This document shows, one piece after another, positions 42,448 to 51,819 of a stretch of DNA of 64,000 nucleotides (position 1 is its first letter; every line of letters starts with the position of its first letter). Both the position numbers and the translations under genes were made by a program. The notes under the pieces are model-generated. The model ran no database searches. It had not been told where the DNA came from and worked only from the letters and a program-made list of their open reading frames with translations. The stretch is taken from contig JAVJQW010000018.1 of assembly GCA_040218735.1 (NCBI GenBank), forward strand, positions 256,001 to 320,000, given 5' to 3'. Source of the DNA: Deltaproteobacteria bacterium. Lineage in GTDB: Bacteria > Myxococcota > Kuafuiibacteriia > Kuafuiibacteriales > Kuafuiibacteriaceae.

Positions 42448-43105
42448 CGTGGAGTTCCTCGTCTTTCGAGAGCGTGAGTGCAGTGACGGTCCCCGCGCCG
42501 ACCGCGACCGCCCCGATGGCGATCCACAGCCAGGGGCTGCTCAGGATCGAGCCGTCCTCGTCCTCGCTTGCTCCGGGGGGCGTTGCAGGCTCGGCGAGCG
42601 CCGTGAGGGGCGGCGGGGGCGGAGGCGGAGGCGGTGCCGTCAAGCGCATCGCGTTGGGAGGCGGTGGCTCGGGGGCAGCGGGGCAGGTCCAGGTCGGTGC
42701 GTCGAACGCGCCGGGGTAGCGGTCTTCGATCTGCGCCTCGGTGACGTTGCGCGCCGCGAGGGTCTTGGCGCAGGCGAAGAGCCGCTCGACGTCGTCGTCG
42801 TGCTGCGCCTTGGTGAGCGCGATCGTCGGCGCGAAGTAGAGCGCGCGAAGGAACGCGCGGACGGAAGACGTACGCAGGTGCCGCGCGGCGAACACGATGC
42901 CGCGCTGTCTGTGGATCTGCGCGAGGGTGTCGGGATCCGAGGTGGCGATCTGCGCACGGTCGAGCAGCTCGGAGGCCTCCTCGAACCGTCCTTGCCCGAA
43001 CGCCGCGACCCCGCGCCCGAACAGCGCGCGCGCGTCGTCCGCGTCGGCGATCTGCGGGACGCTGATCGCGACGACGAGCGCGAGCGCAGCGAAGAGGCGG
43101 TTCAC
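42407..43105 (-). CDS. Secreted TPR protein with C-terminal TM
   Basis: Signal peptide, ARALFGRGVAAFGQGRFEEA TPR, Pro-rich linker, SPWLWIAIGAVAVGAG. Confidence 0.78.
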   Translation of the reverse strand: MNRLFAALALVVAISVPQIADADDARALFGRGVAAFGQGRFEEASELLDRAQIATSDPDTLAQIHRQRGIVFAARHLRTSSVRAFLRALYFAPTIALTKAQHDDDVERLFACAKTLAARNVTEAQIEDRYPGAFDAPTWTCPAAPEPPPPNAMRLTAPPPPPPPPPLTALAEPATPPGASEDEDGSILSSPWLWIAIGAVAVGAGTVTALTLSKDEELHGGTTDITLRVPNR

Positions 43106-44943
43106 GGCGCCTCCAGATCGACGACCGCGTAGACCTCGGTCGTCTCGCGGGCCGTGATCTCGACGCGCTGGTCATACGCGGGGTGTGCCTCGGACTCGAG
43201 GTGGATCGCGTAGTCGCCGCGCGGCAGCTCGACCGTCATCGGCGTCATGCCCTCCTGCCGCTCGCCGGAGATCCACACCCGCGCGAGCACGGGCTCCCCC
43301 GCGGTGGTCCAGGCCTCGATCGTGAGCCGCCCGGTGGCGCGCCGCGGCGTCCGCGCACGCGACCCGGTCGGGGTCCCGGTCCCGGTCCCGGTCCGGGTCC
43401 CGGTCCCGACGTCGGCGTGCGCGTCGGAGCGATGCCCCCTCCCGGTCCGAGTCCCGGTTCCGGTCCGGGTCCCGACGTCGGCGTGGGTCCCAGACCCGGA
43501 ATCGGCTTCGGGCACGGACTCGGATTCGGTCACGGACTCGGATTCGGTCACGGACTCGGAACCGGCCACGGACTCGGATTCGGTCACGGACTCGGAACCG
43601 CCCACGGACTCGGAACCGGCCACGGACTCGGAACCGGCCGCGGACTCGGAACCGGCTACGGACTCGGAACCGGCCGCGGACTCGGAACCGGCCACGGACT
43701 CGGAGCCGGCCACCGACTCCGAACCTGCCTCGCCCTCGGCTCCCCGCGCCGACTCCCCCACGGACGCACCCCCTCGCGCGGCCCGCGCCACCTCCCCCCG
43801 CTCCGGCACCGGCGGCACCACCTGCGCCTCCAGCACCAAGCGCCCCGCCGCGCCCTCCGAAGCCACGGCCACCGCCGGCGCGGGCAGCGCGATCACCTCG
43901 GGCGCGTTCACGAAGGCGTAGGTCTTCTGCACGATCACGAGCCCCACGAGCAGCGCAACGCCGAGCACGCCGCCCACGGCCCAGCCCTTCGCGCGCGCGC
44001 CGCCGAGGGCCGGTACGCTGAAGGCGGAGCTGGGCGAGCGTAGGTTCCACGGCGTCGGCGTCCCGAGCCGCGTCAGCGACGCGGCCATCTCCACGCTCGT
44101 GTCCGAGAGCCACGCGTCGAGGGTGTCCATCACCTGCTGTGCGGTCGGCCGCGCGGTCGGCTCGAAGGCGAGGCACTGCTCGACGAGCGGGCGGATGAGG
44201 CCGCCGCCGGCGGTCGCGTCGAGGGCGTCGAGGGGCGGGCAGGTGCCTCTGACCTTCGCGTGCATGACGCGCGCGGCGTCGTCCCCGAACAAACGTCGGC
44301 CGGTGAACAGCTCGTAGAGGATCGCGCCGAACGCGTAGAGGTCGGCTCGGCCATCGACGTCCTGCGCCGCGACCTGTTCGGGCGCCATGTACGCCGGCGT
44401 CCCGACGACGCGACCGCCCTCGGTCGTGGGGCGCCCCGGGCCGCGGACCTTCGCGATGCCGAAGTCCGCGAGCTTGGCGACGGGGCCGGCGCCGAAGCGC
44501 GGCGTCATCTCGACGAGGATGTTGTCGGGTTTGAGATCGCGGTGGACGACGCCCGCCGCGTGTACGGCGCACAGCGCGCTCGCGATCTGACGCGCGATGG
44601 TCAGCGCCTGCACCACGGAGAGGTGGCGCGCGACGAGGTGCAGCGGTTGCGCACCGAGATACTCCATGACGTACGCGAGGCGTCGCGGGTGCTCCGAGTA
44701 GTGGAACTCGAAGACGTCGACGATGTTCGGGTGTTGGATCGCGTTCACGATCTGCGCTTCCTGGATGAAGCGCGACGCGATCGTCTGGTCCGCGATCAGC
44801 TCGTCGAGGAGGAACTTCACGGCCGCCTTGCGACCGAGGACGGCGTGGTGCGCGAGGAACACCGTCCCCATCGCGCCGCGCCCGAGCTCGCGCTCGAGGA
44901 CGTAGTGTCCGATTCGGTCACCGGGTTGGGGCGTTGCGTTCAC
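43102..44943 (-). CDS. Ser/Thr protein kinase with TM, repeat linker and PEGA-like C-terminus
   Basis: GRGAMGTVF, AVK, HRDLKPDN, DFG, GTPAYMAPE; GMTP..VELPRGDYAIHL PEGA-like; start at GTG 44943 (approximate). Confidence 0.92.
   Translation of the reverse strand: MNATPQPGDRIGHYVLERELGRGAMGTVFLAHHAVLGRKAAVKFLLDELIADQTIASRFIQEAQIVNAIQHPNIVDVFEFHYSEHPRRLAYVMEYLGAQPLHLVARHLSVVQALTIARQIASALCAVHAAGVVHRDLKPDNILVEMTPRFGAGPVAKLADFGIAKVRGPGRPTTEGGRVVGTPAYMAPEQVAAQDVDGRADLYAFGAILYELFTGRRLFGDDAARVMHAKVRGTCPPLDALDATAGGGLIRPLVEQCLAFEPTARPTAQQVMDTLDAWLSDTSVEMAASLTRLGTPTPWNLRSPSSAFSVPALGGARAKGWAVGGVLGVALLVGLVIVQKTYAFVNAPEVIALPAPAVAVASEGAAGRLVLEAQVVPPVPERGEVARAARGGASVGESARGAEGEAGSESVAGSESVAGSESAAGSESVAGSESAAGSESVAGSESVGGSESVTESESVAGSESVTESESVTESESVPEADSGSGTHADVGTRTGTGTRTGRGHRSDAHADVGTGTRTGTGTGTPTGSRARTPRRATGRLTIEAWTTAGEPVLARVWISGERQEGMTPMTVELPRGDYAIHLESEAHPAYDQRVEITARETTEVYAVVDLEAP
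43500..43722 (-). repeat. 18-nt tandem repeat encoding (SESV/A-AG/TE)n linker
   Basis: Repeated cacggactcggaaccggc / cacggactcggattcggt units, about 12 copies. Confidence 0.9.
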
Positions 44944-45176
44944 GACGCGCCCGTCTGAAGCACGCCCCGCGCCAACCCGACGCACGACGAGCGTGCGGCA
45001 TCACGCGTGGCAGGTTGCCGCACCTGGGACGGTCCTGCGGCCCATCACACTCTCGCGCGGGCGCACGCGGCATCCCGACACGGACGTGTCGCAGCGCCGC
45101 AGCTCGTCCCATCGCCGCCGCGCCGAACGCGCTGGCCCGCCGCCTGCACTCCGTCGCCGCGAAAGGAGATCCCAAC

Positions 45177-45629
45177 ATGAACAACATCCTCATCAAGAGC
45201 CTCTTCGCCGGTGCCTTCGTCGCCGCCTTTGGTTTCGGCTGCCAGGAGTCCGCTACGCAGCGTGGTCTGGAGCAGGACCTCGAGCGCGTCGAGCGCAAGG
45301 CCGACCGCGTCGGTGATTCGATCGAGCGCGAGGCGGAGGCGATGAAGCGCGAAGTGCGCGCCGAGACCGACGAAGCGCAAGCTAGCTTGCAGCGACGAAT
45401 GACGGAGCTCGACGCGAAGTGGGATCGCATCGAGGCGCGTGCGCGCGCCGAGAAGTACGAGGCGAAGACCGAGTACCGTGAGCTGAAGCAGGACATCGAT
45501 CGTCGCTTCGACTCGATCGAAGCGGACATCGATCGTGCGGACGACCGCGCCCGTGGTGAGCTCGCGCAGGCGATCGATGCGCTCCAGGCCAAGCTCGACG
45601 AGGTCGAAGACGATCTGGATGACGCGTGA
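45177..45629 (+). CDS. Coiled-coil lipoprotein
   Basis: AAAGGAGA RBS, lipobox GFGC, highly charged helical repeats. Confidence 0.75.
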   Translation: MNNILIKSLFAGAFVAAFGFGCQESATQRGLEQDLERVERKADRVGDSIEREAEAMKREVRAETDEAQASLQRRMTELDAKWDRIEARARAEKYEAKTEYRELKQDIDRRFDSIEADIDRADDRARGELAQAIDALQAKLDEVEDDLDDA

Positions 45630-45761
45630 TCGAACGTTCGGACCAGCCTGACACCCGCGGGGCAAGGTTCCACGCCAGGACCGCGCGCCGCGCGCTCGTC
45701 TCCCTCGAGGACGTTCGCGCCGTTTGCCTGCCCTGACGCGTTGTACTAAGACGCGAAGCTG

Positions 45762-46280
45762 ATGGCGGAGGACCGGCGTACCGTTCTCAAGGTGTTGACC
45801 GGAGTCCTGGGCGGTGGGGCCGCGGCGATCGTCGCCGGCCCCGCCGTTCGCGCGATCGTCGCACCGGTGACTTTGGATCCCGTGCGCGGCGTCGGGGACT
45901 TCGTTCGGCTCGCGAACCTGGAGCAGGTGCCCGAAGACGGCACGCCGCTCAACGTCGCGGTCGTCATCGAACAACCGGAGGACGCCTGGAACAAACTCCC
46001 CCCGACGCAGGTCGGCGCGGTGTTCCTCGTCCGTGACGGCACGAACGTCACCGCGTTCTCGACGATCTGCCCGCACCTCGGCTGCGGCATCGACTACGTC
46101 CCCGACCAGAGCACGTTTGCCTGTCCCTGCCACGAGAGCAGCTTCGCCAAGGACGGCGCCGTCGCCGCCGGGCCTTCGCCGCGCGGGATGGACACCCTCG
46201 AGACCCGCGTCGTCGACGGCGCGATCGAGGTGAAGTTCGAGAAGTTCAAGATCGGGACCTCCGACAAGGTGCCCGCGTGA
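45762..46280 (+). CDS. Rieske iron-sulfur subunit of a Rieske/cytochrome b complex (QcrA/PetA-like)
   Basis: Tat-like DRRTVLK, CPHLGC and CPCH boxes, GPSPRGM. Confidence 0.93.
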   Translation: MAEDRRTVLKVLTGVLGGGAAAIVAGPAVRAIVAPVTLDPVRGVGDFVRLANLEQVPEDGTPLNVAVVIEQPEDAWNKLPPTQVGAVFLVRDGTNVTAFSTICPHLGCGIDYVPDQSTFACPCHESSFAKDGAVAAGPSPRGMDTLETRVVDGAIEVKFEKFKIGTSDKVPA

Positions 46281-48049
46281 GCGCGTGGACGCGTTTCCTC
46301 ACCGGGCTCGATGAGCGCATCGGGTTCCGGAAGCTCCTGAAGGAGGGCCTCGACGAACCGGTCCCCGGCGGCGCGTCGTGGGCGTACGTGTTCGGCAGCG
46401 CGACGCTCGTCGTGTTCGGCGTGCAGCTCCTGACCGGCCTCGTGCTCGCCGTCTACTACAGCCCGTCGGCGACGGACGCGTGGGCCTCGGTCGCGTACCT
46501 GGAGCGTGCGATCACGTTCGGCGCGTTCGTGCGCGGGATCCATCACCACGCCGCGGGCGTGATGGTCGTGCTCGTCGTCTTCCACATGCTGCAGGTCGCG
46601 CTGTACGGCGCGTACAAGAAGCCGCGCGAGGCGAACTGGCTCAGCGGGCTCGCGCTGTTCGGGTTGGTGCTGGCGTTTGCGCTCACGGGGTACCTGCTCC
46701 CCTGGGACCAGACCGGGTACTGGGCGACGAAGGTCGCGACGAGCATCGCGGGGACGGTGCCCGTCGTCGGCGAATCCATTCAAAGGATCGCGCAGGGCGG
46801 CAACGACTACGGCAACCTCACGCTCACGAGGTTCTACGCGCTGCACGTGATCGTATTGCCGCTGACCACGTGTGCGATCCTCGGCGCGCACATCGCGCTG
46901 TTCCGCAAACACGGCATCACCTACAGCCCGACCCTGAGCGCCGACGCCGCGAAGAAGAGGACGGAGCACTTTTGGCCGAAGCAGGTCTTCTACGACGCGG
47001 TGTTCTGCTTCCTCGTCGTGGTCGTGGTCGTCGCGATGGGGGCGCGCCTCGGTGCGCCGCTTCAGGCGCCGGCGGATCCTTCGTCGAACTTCATCGCACG
47101 GCCGGAGTGGTACTTCCTCTTCCTCTTCCAGCTCCTCAAGTACTTCGAGGGGCCGCTGCAGGTCGTGGGGACGGTCATCATCCCGGGGGCGGTGGCCACC
47201 TTCCTCGTGGTGTTGCCGTTCTTGGATCGCGGTGAGGATCGACGCTTCACGAAGCGGCTCCCGTTCCTCGCCGCGTTCGGCGCCGGGCTGGGGGTCGTGG
47301 TGCTCCTGACGCTGCTCGCCAAACGCCACGACGCCAACGACCCGACCATCGCCGCGCAGCAGAAGACCTCGGCCCGCGAGGCGGCCCGCGCGCGGGAGCT
47401 GGCGGCGTCCGGCGTCCCGACGCAGGGCGCGACCTACATGATGCAGACCGATCCCCTCGTCCGCGGGGAGCGGGTGTTCCGAAGGGAGTGTCTGTCGTGC
47501 CACGTGCTCGAAGGGGAGGGGCCCGGCGAGCCGAAGGGCCCGGACCTCACCGCGTACGCGAGCAAGGCTTGGATTCGCCAGGTCCTCCGCGACCCGGACA
47601 GCCCTCGGCTCTACGGTCGCACCAAGGTGGAGGGTATGGAGTCCTATGCGAAGCTGTCGGATGCCGAGATTTCGACACTCGTCGACTTCGTGTACGCCCA
47701 GCGCGATCCGGAGGCGCCGGCGCCGGACGAGCGCCCCGGCAGCGAGCTCGTCGACGCCAACGACTGCGGCAACTGCCACGATTTCGAGGATGCGTACGGG
47801 CTGGAGGGGCCCGCGCTCTTCCGATACGGCACCCTGACGTGGATGTCGCAGGTCATCGACGACGCCGGAGCGGACCACCTGTTCGGCGAGATGAACGACA
47901 TGCCGGCCTTCGAAGAGAAGCTCTCGAAGCCGGATCGTGAAGCGCTCGCGGCGTTTCTGATGAGCCTGCCCGAGCGCGCGCCGAAGGACGCGTGGCCCTA
48001 CGTGGACGACCCCGGGCCCGTCCCGAGCCCTCGCAGCGTGACAAAATGA
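46277..48049 (+). CDS. Cytochrome b (with subunit IV part) fused to a diheme cytochrome c
   Basis: Four heme-b His, GYLLPWDQTGYWA, PEWY, C-terminal CLSCH and CGNCH. Confidence 0.93.
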   Translation: MSAWTRFLTGLDERIGFRKLLKEGLDEPVPGGASWAYVFGSATLVVFGVQLLTGLVLAVYYSPSATDAWASVAYLERAITFGAFVRGIHHHAAGVMVVLVVFHMLQVALYGAYKKPREANWLSGLALFGLVLAFALTGYLLPWDQTGYWATKVATSIAGTVPVVGESIQRIAQGGNDYGNLTLTRFYALHVIVLPLTTCAILGAHIALFRKHGITYSPTLSADAAKKRTEHFWPKQVFYDAVFCFLVVVVVVAMGARLGAPLQAPADPSSNFIARPEWYFLFLFQLLKYFEGPLQVVGTVIIPGAVATFLVVLPFLDRGEDRRFTKRLPFLAAFGAGLGVVVLLTLLAKRHDANDPTIAAQQKTSAREAARARELAASGVPTQGATYMMQTDPLVRGERVFRRECLSCHVLEGEGPGEPKGPDLTAYASKAWIRQVLRDPDSPRLYGRTKVEGMESYAKLSDAEISTLVDFVYAQRDPEAPAPDERPGSELVDANDCGNCHDFEDAYGLEGPALFRYGTLTWMSQVIDDAGADHLFGEMNDMPAFEEKLSKPDREALAAFLMSLPERAPKDAWPYVDDPGPVPSPRSVTK

Positions 48050-48136
48050 CCGGGGTGTCGTGGTTCGGGACACCCGCCGTCAATTTTCCGACTCCCTGAC
48101 CCGGGTGATCCAGAATGATCCGTTGCGCCGACGGCT

Positions 48137-48152
48137 TGGCACACGGAGTGCT
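48137..48152 (+). promoter_or_regulatory. Sigma54 (-24/-12) promoter upstream of the HD-GYP regulator
   Basis: TGGCACACGGAGTGCT = TGGCAC-N5-GTGCT with exact GG-N10-GC spacing. Confidence 0.65.
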
Positions 48153-48270
48153 TAAGTTTCGGGCACGATGTTCGACTCCTGGCCCTGCTGAACCGACCAC
48201 CGTCTTTCCCCCTCGGGCGATGCGCGTACCGCGCGGATGCCCTGGATTCTCGATATGACAATTCGCTAGA

Positions 48271-49446
48271 GTGCTCGTGGTGCCCCCGAGTACGCTGGAC
48301 TCGTCCGCTTCCCCCGTGGATGCGCCGCGATCTCATCCGGACCCACAGGCCGAACGGCCGACGGGCCCGGTCGAGAAACGCCTCCTGGTCGTCGATGACG
48401 ACGAGAGCGTGCGGCGCGTCGTCGCGGCCATCCTCATCGACGAAGGCTACGAGACCGTCACCGCGAGCAACGCGAACAGCGCGCTCGAGATCCTGACCCG
48501 CGACGAATTTGCGCTCGTCATCACGGACATGAAGATGCCCGACCGCGACGGCCTCTGGCTGCTCGAGCAGGTCCGGAGCGGACACGCGGACACCGGCATC
48601 ATCATCATGACCGGCTACGGCCAGGTCGACACCGCCGTGCAGGCGTTGCGCTTCGGCGCGGCCGACTACCTGACGAAGCCCGTGCGCGTGAACCAGCTGT
48701 GCGCGAGTGTGCTGCGCGCGCTCGATCGCCGTCGGCTGGAGATGGAGAACCGCGCGTACCAGCAGGGCCTCGAAGGCGCGGTGCGCGAGAAGACGCAGCA
48801 GCTCGAAGCGGCGTACTCGCAGATCAACGCGACCTACACCCTCACCCTCGAAGCCCTCGTCACGGCGCTCGATGCGCGCGAGTGCGAGACCGGCAACCAC
48901 AGCCAACGCGTCGTGCGCACGACGCTCGCGATCGCGGAACGGATGGGGCTCCCGGAGTCACTCCGCGAGCACATCGGGCGCGGGGCGCTCTTGCACGACA
49001 TCGGCAAGATCGGTGTGCCGGACCACGTCCTCCTCAAGCCCGGGCGGCTGACGGAGGAGGAGTGGGTCGAGATGAAGAAACACCCGGAGATCGGCGCGCG
49101 CATCCTCAGCGGCATCGCGTTCCTGGAGCCGGCCGCGGAGATCGTGTTGTCGCACCAGGAGCGATGGGACGGCGGCGGTTATCCGCGTGGTCTACAGCGC
49201 GAGGAGATCCCGATCGGCGCCCGTATCTTCGCGGTGGCAGACGCCCTCGACGCCATCACGTCCGACCGTCCGTACCGTCGCGGCCGCAGCCTCGAACACG
49301 CGCGCGAGGAGATCGCACGCTACGCGGGGACGCAGTTCGACCCGATCGTGGTCGAGCACTTCCTCGCGATCACCGACGAAGAGTGGCGCCAGCTCCACGG
49401 GCAGCAGCCGCTCTACTCGGCGCGCCCGACGTCCAACATCCGGTGA
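48271..49446 (+). CDS. Response regulator with HD-GYP phosphodiesterase domain
   Basis: REC domain (LVVDDD, TDMKMP, KP); HSQRV, LLHDIGKIG, HQERWDGGGYP. Confidence 0.95.
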   Translation: MLVVPPSTLDSSASPVDAPRSHPDPQAERPTGPVEKRLLVVDDDESVRRVVAAILIDEGYETVTASNANSALEILTRDEFALVITDMKMPDRDGLWLLEQVRSGHADTGIIIMTGYGQVDTAVQALRFGAADYLTKPVRVNQLCASVLRALDRRRLEMENRAYQQGLEGAVREKTQQLEAAYSQINATYTLTLEALVTALDARECETGNHSQRVVRTTLAIAERMGLPESLREHIGRGALLHDIGKIGVPDHVLLKPGRLTEEEWVEMKKHPEIGARILSGIAFLEPAAEIVLSHQERWDGGGYPRGLQREEIPIGARIFAVADALDAITSDRPYRRGRSLEHAREEIARYAGTQFDPIVVEHFLAITDEEWRQLHGQQPLYSARPTSNIR

Positions 49447-50168
49447 CGCTCGAACATCGCGTGTGTCCACGCGACCGTCGGATGATCCGCGAACCGCGCG
49501 AGCCACTGCTCGACGGGCGCCGGTCGATCGTCGGGGAGCGGCACCTGCGCCGCCTTCGGAAACGAGACTGGGATCAACAGTGACGCCGCCGTGAGGTCCG
49601 CGATCGTGAACCGATCGCCGACGAGGTAGTCACGCCCGGCGAGGTGCTGTTCGACGAAGTCGAGCGCCTCGACCGTCGCCTGCGTCGACGCGGCGATGCG
49701 GTCCGGCTTCAGCGCGTACACCATCGTGATCACGCGGCCCGTCGCGAAGAAGGTCTTCTCGTAGAACGACCGCTGACGCCCCTGCGCCGAGCCGACCATG
49801 CACCGGCGCGCGAAGTCGCGATCCTCGAAGAGCGGCCCGAACATCGCGCGCCGCGCGTGGTGGCCGACGGCCTCGAACCTCTCCTCGAGCGCGAGGGCTT
49901 CGCGGCGGAGGGCGTCGTTCGCCGGGTACAGCGCGGGCCCCGAGCCGATGCGCTCCGCGTACGCCGCGATTCGATCCGATCCGAAGACGTAACCCTCGTC
50001 CGGCGTCTCGAGGACGGGCACCGACTGCTGCCCGGTGAGGCGCTTCACGCGCGGGACGTGGAACCCGGGGAGGAGCGTGTCCTTCTCGTAGGCGATGCGT
50101 TTGTAGTCGAGGGTCCAGCGCGCCTTCTCGCAGAAGTGCGACATCTCGAACTGCAGGAGCTTCAGCAC
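49413..50168 (-). CDS. Glutathione S-transferase family protein
   Basis: SHFCEKARW.LDYK, SVPVL, GSDRI, YLVGDRFTIADLTAA. Confidence 0.9.
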   Translation of the reverse strand: MLKLLQFEMSHFCEKARWTLDYKRIAYEKDTLLPGFHVPRVKRLTGQQSVPVLETPDEGYVFGSDRIAAYAERIGSGPALYPANDALRREALALEERFEAVGHHARRAMFGPLFEDRDFARRCMVGSAQGRQRSFYEKTFFATGRVITMVYALKPDRIAASTQATVEALDFVEQHLAGRDYLVGDRFTIADLTAASLLIPVSFPKAAQVPLPDDRPAPVEQWLARFADHPTVAWTHAMFERHRMLDVGRAE

Positions 50169-50172
50169 CGCG

Positions 50173-51819
50173 TCACCCCGCGAGCTTGGACTTCATGCCG
50201 TCGGCGATGCGGAACGCGTTGGCGAGGATCGTCATCGTCGACGGCACCGCGCCGCTGCTCGGGAGCGAGCCGCCGTCGGTGACGTAGACGTTGTCGACCT
50301 CGTGGAGGTGTCCCGCGGGCGTCGTCACGCTGGTGTTCGGGTCGCTGCCCATGCGGCAGGTGCCGTGTTGCAGCACGTACGTCACGCCGCCGACGTCGAG
50401 CGTCCGGATGTTCGTCGCGCCGAGCTTCTCGAGGAGCACCCGCGCGCGCCCGACGAGGAGCGCGCTCGCGGCGCGGTCGGAGGGGTGTCGATTCAGCGTG
50501 ATGCGCGCAGCGGGGAGTCCCCAGCGATCCGTCGCGTTGTCGTCGAGGGTGACGCGGCAACCGTCGGTGGGGAGCCACTCCGAGAAACACTCGACCTCCA
50601 GCGTGCGCCGTTCGGTGAAGTGCGCGTGCAGCTTCTTCATCAGCGCCTCGCCGTAGACGAGTCCGTTCTTGTCGCGGATGAGGCGCTCGGCGGCGTGGAT
50701 CGGGTTGTCGTGCTCGAAGAGCAGGTGGAACGTGCCGCCCTTGCCGAACACGTCCCCCGACGGATCGACCTCGTAGAAGTCTTGGACGGCGCGACCGATG
50801 AACGGCATCCCGTTCTTCAGCTCCGCCTTCGCGGTGTCGTCGAGGCCGTCGTAGGCGATGTCGCCGGTGAGCTGCCCGAGCGTGGAGAAACACAGGTTGC
50901 GGCCGACCTGGTCTGCGTTGTTCCCGACGCCGCGCGGGTGCGCCGACGATCCCGAGAGCAACAGCAGGCGCGCCGACTCGATCGCCGAGCAGGCGACGAC
51001 GACGATCTTCGCCTCGACCTCGTGGCGCGCGCCGGTTTCGTCCTCGAACACCACGCCCTTCGCGCGACCGTCCTTCTTCATGACGATCTCGCGCACCATC
51101 GACTTCGGGAGCACCCGCGCGCCGGCCTTCTCCGCGCCGGGGATCAGCGAGGCGAGAGTGGAGCTCTTCGCGCCGACCTCGCAGCCGTAGGAGCCGCAGA
51201 GCCCGTGGTAGACACACGCGCCGCGGTCGCCTTCGGGCCGCGTGATGATCGCGCGCGGGACGTGGAACGGGTGAAGGCCGAGCGCGTCGCCGGCTTCGTC
51301 GATCCACCGGGAGATCGGGTGGGTGAGCACCGGGTCGTAGGGGAACGGTCCGGAGCGCGGGGGCTCGAACGGGTTCTTCGAGACGTCTCCGCTGACGCCG
51401 ACGACCTTCTCGACCTTGTCATAGTACGGCGCGAGGGTGTCGTAGCCGAACGGCCAGTCGATCGCTGTCGATCCATTCAGTGGACCGTAGTGCTTCGACA
51501 GCGCGAAGTCCTTCTCGTGGAAGCGGAAGAAGAACCCGCTCATGTGCACGGTGCCGCCGCCGACACACTGCGAGATCCACCCCGCGTTGGTGCGGTTCGG
51601 TTTGGCGTCCGGCGATGCGAGCACCACGTGGGGGTCGTCGTCCGGCCACGGGAGGAAGAAGTTGCGACGGCACGTGCTGATCTCGTCGTGCACGAAGTCC
51701 TTCTTCTCGTGGCGCGGCCCCTTCTCGAGCACGATCACCGAGGCGCCGGCTTTGGCGAGCTCGTAGGCGATCGGCCCGCCGCCGGCGCCCGATCCGACGA
51801 CGACGACGTCGCACTTCAT
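50173..51819 (-). CDS. GMC family oxidoreductase (gluconate 2-dehydrogenase alpha-like)
   Basis: VVGSGAGG FAD motif, VGGGTVH, CVYHGLCGSYGC, HGTCRMG, NVYVTDGG, TILANA. Confidence 0.93.
   Translation of the reverse strand: MKCDVVVVGSGAGGGPIAYELAKAGASVIVLEKGPRHEKKDFVHDEISTCRRNFFLPWPDDDPHVVLASPDAKPNRTNAGWISQCVGGGTVHMSGFFFRFHEKDFALSKHYGPLNGSTAIDWPFGYDTLAPYYDKVEKVVGVSGDVSKNPFEPPRSGPFPYDPVLTHPISRWIDEAGDALGLHPFHVPRAIITRPEGDRGACVYHGLCGSYGCEVGAKSSTLASLIPGAEKAGARVLPKSMVREIVMKKDGRAKGVVFEDETGARHEVEAKIVVVACSAIESARLLLLSGSSAHPRGVGNNADQVGRNLCFSTLGQLTGDIAYDGLDDTAKAELKNGMPFIGRAVQDFYEVDPSGDVFGKGGTFHLLFEHDNPIHAAERLIRDKNGLVYGEALMKKLHAHFTERRTLEVECFSEWLPTDGCRVTLDDNATDRWGLPAARITLNRHPSDRAASALLVGRARVLLEKLGATNIRTLDVGGVTYVLQHGTCRMGSDPNTSVTTPAGHLHEVDNVYVTDGGSLPSSGAVPSTMTILANAFRIADGMKSKLAG

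Noticed and set aside
49413-49446. 34-nt convergent overlap of the HD-GYP and GST genes as antisense regulation
   Set aside because: Short 3' overlaps are common in compact high-GC genomes; no further evidence.
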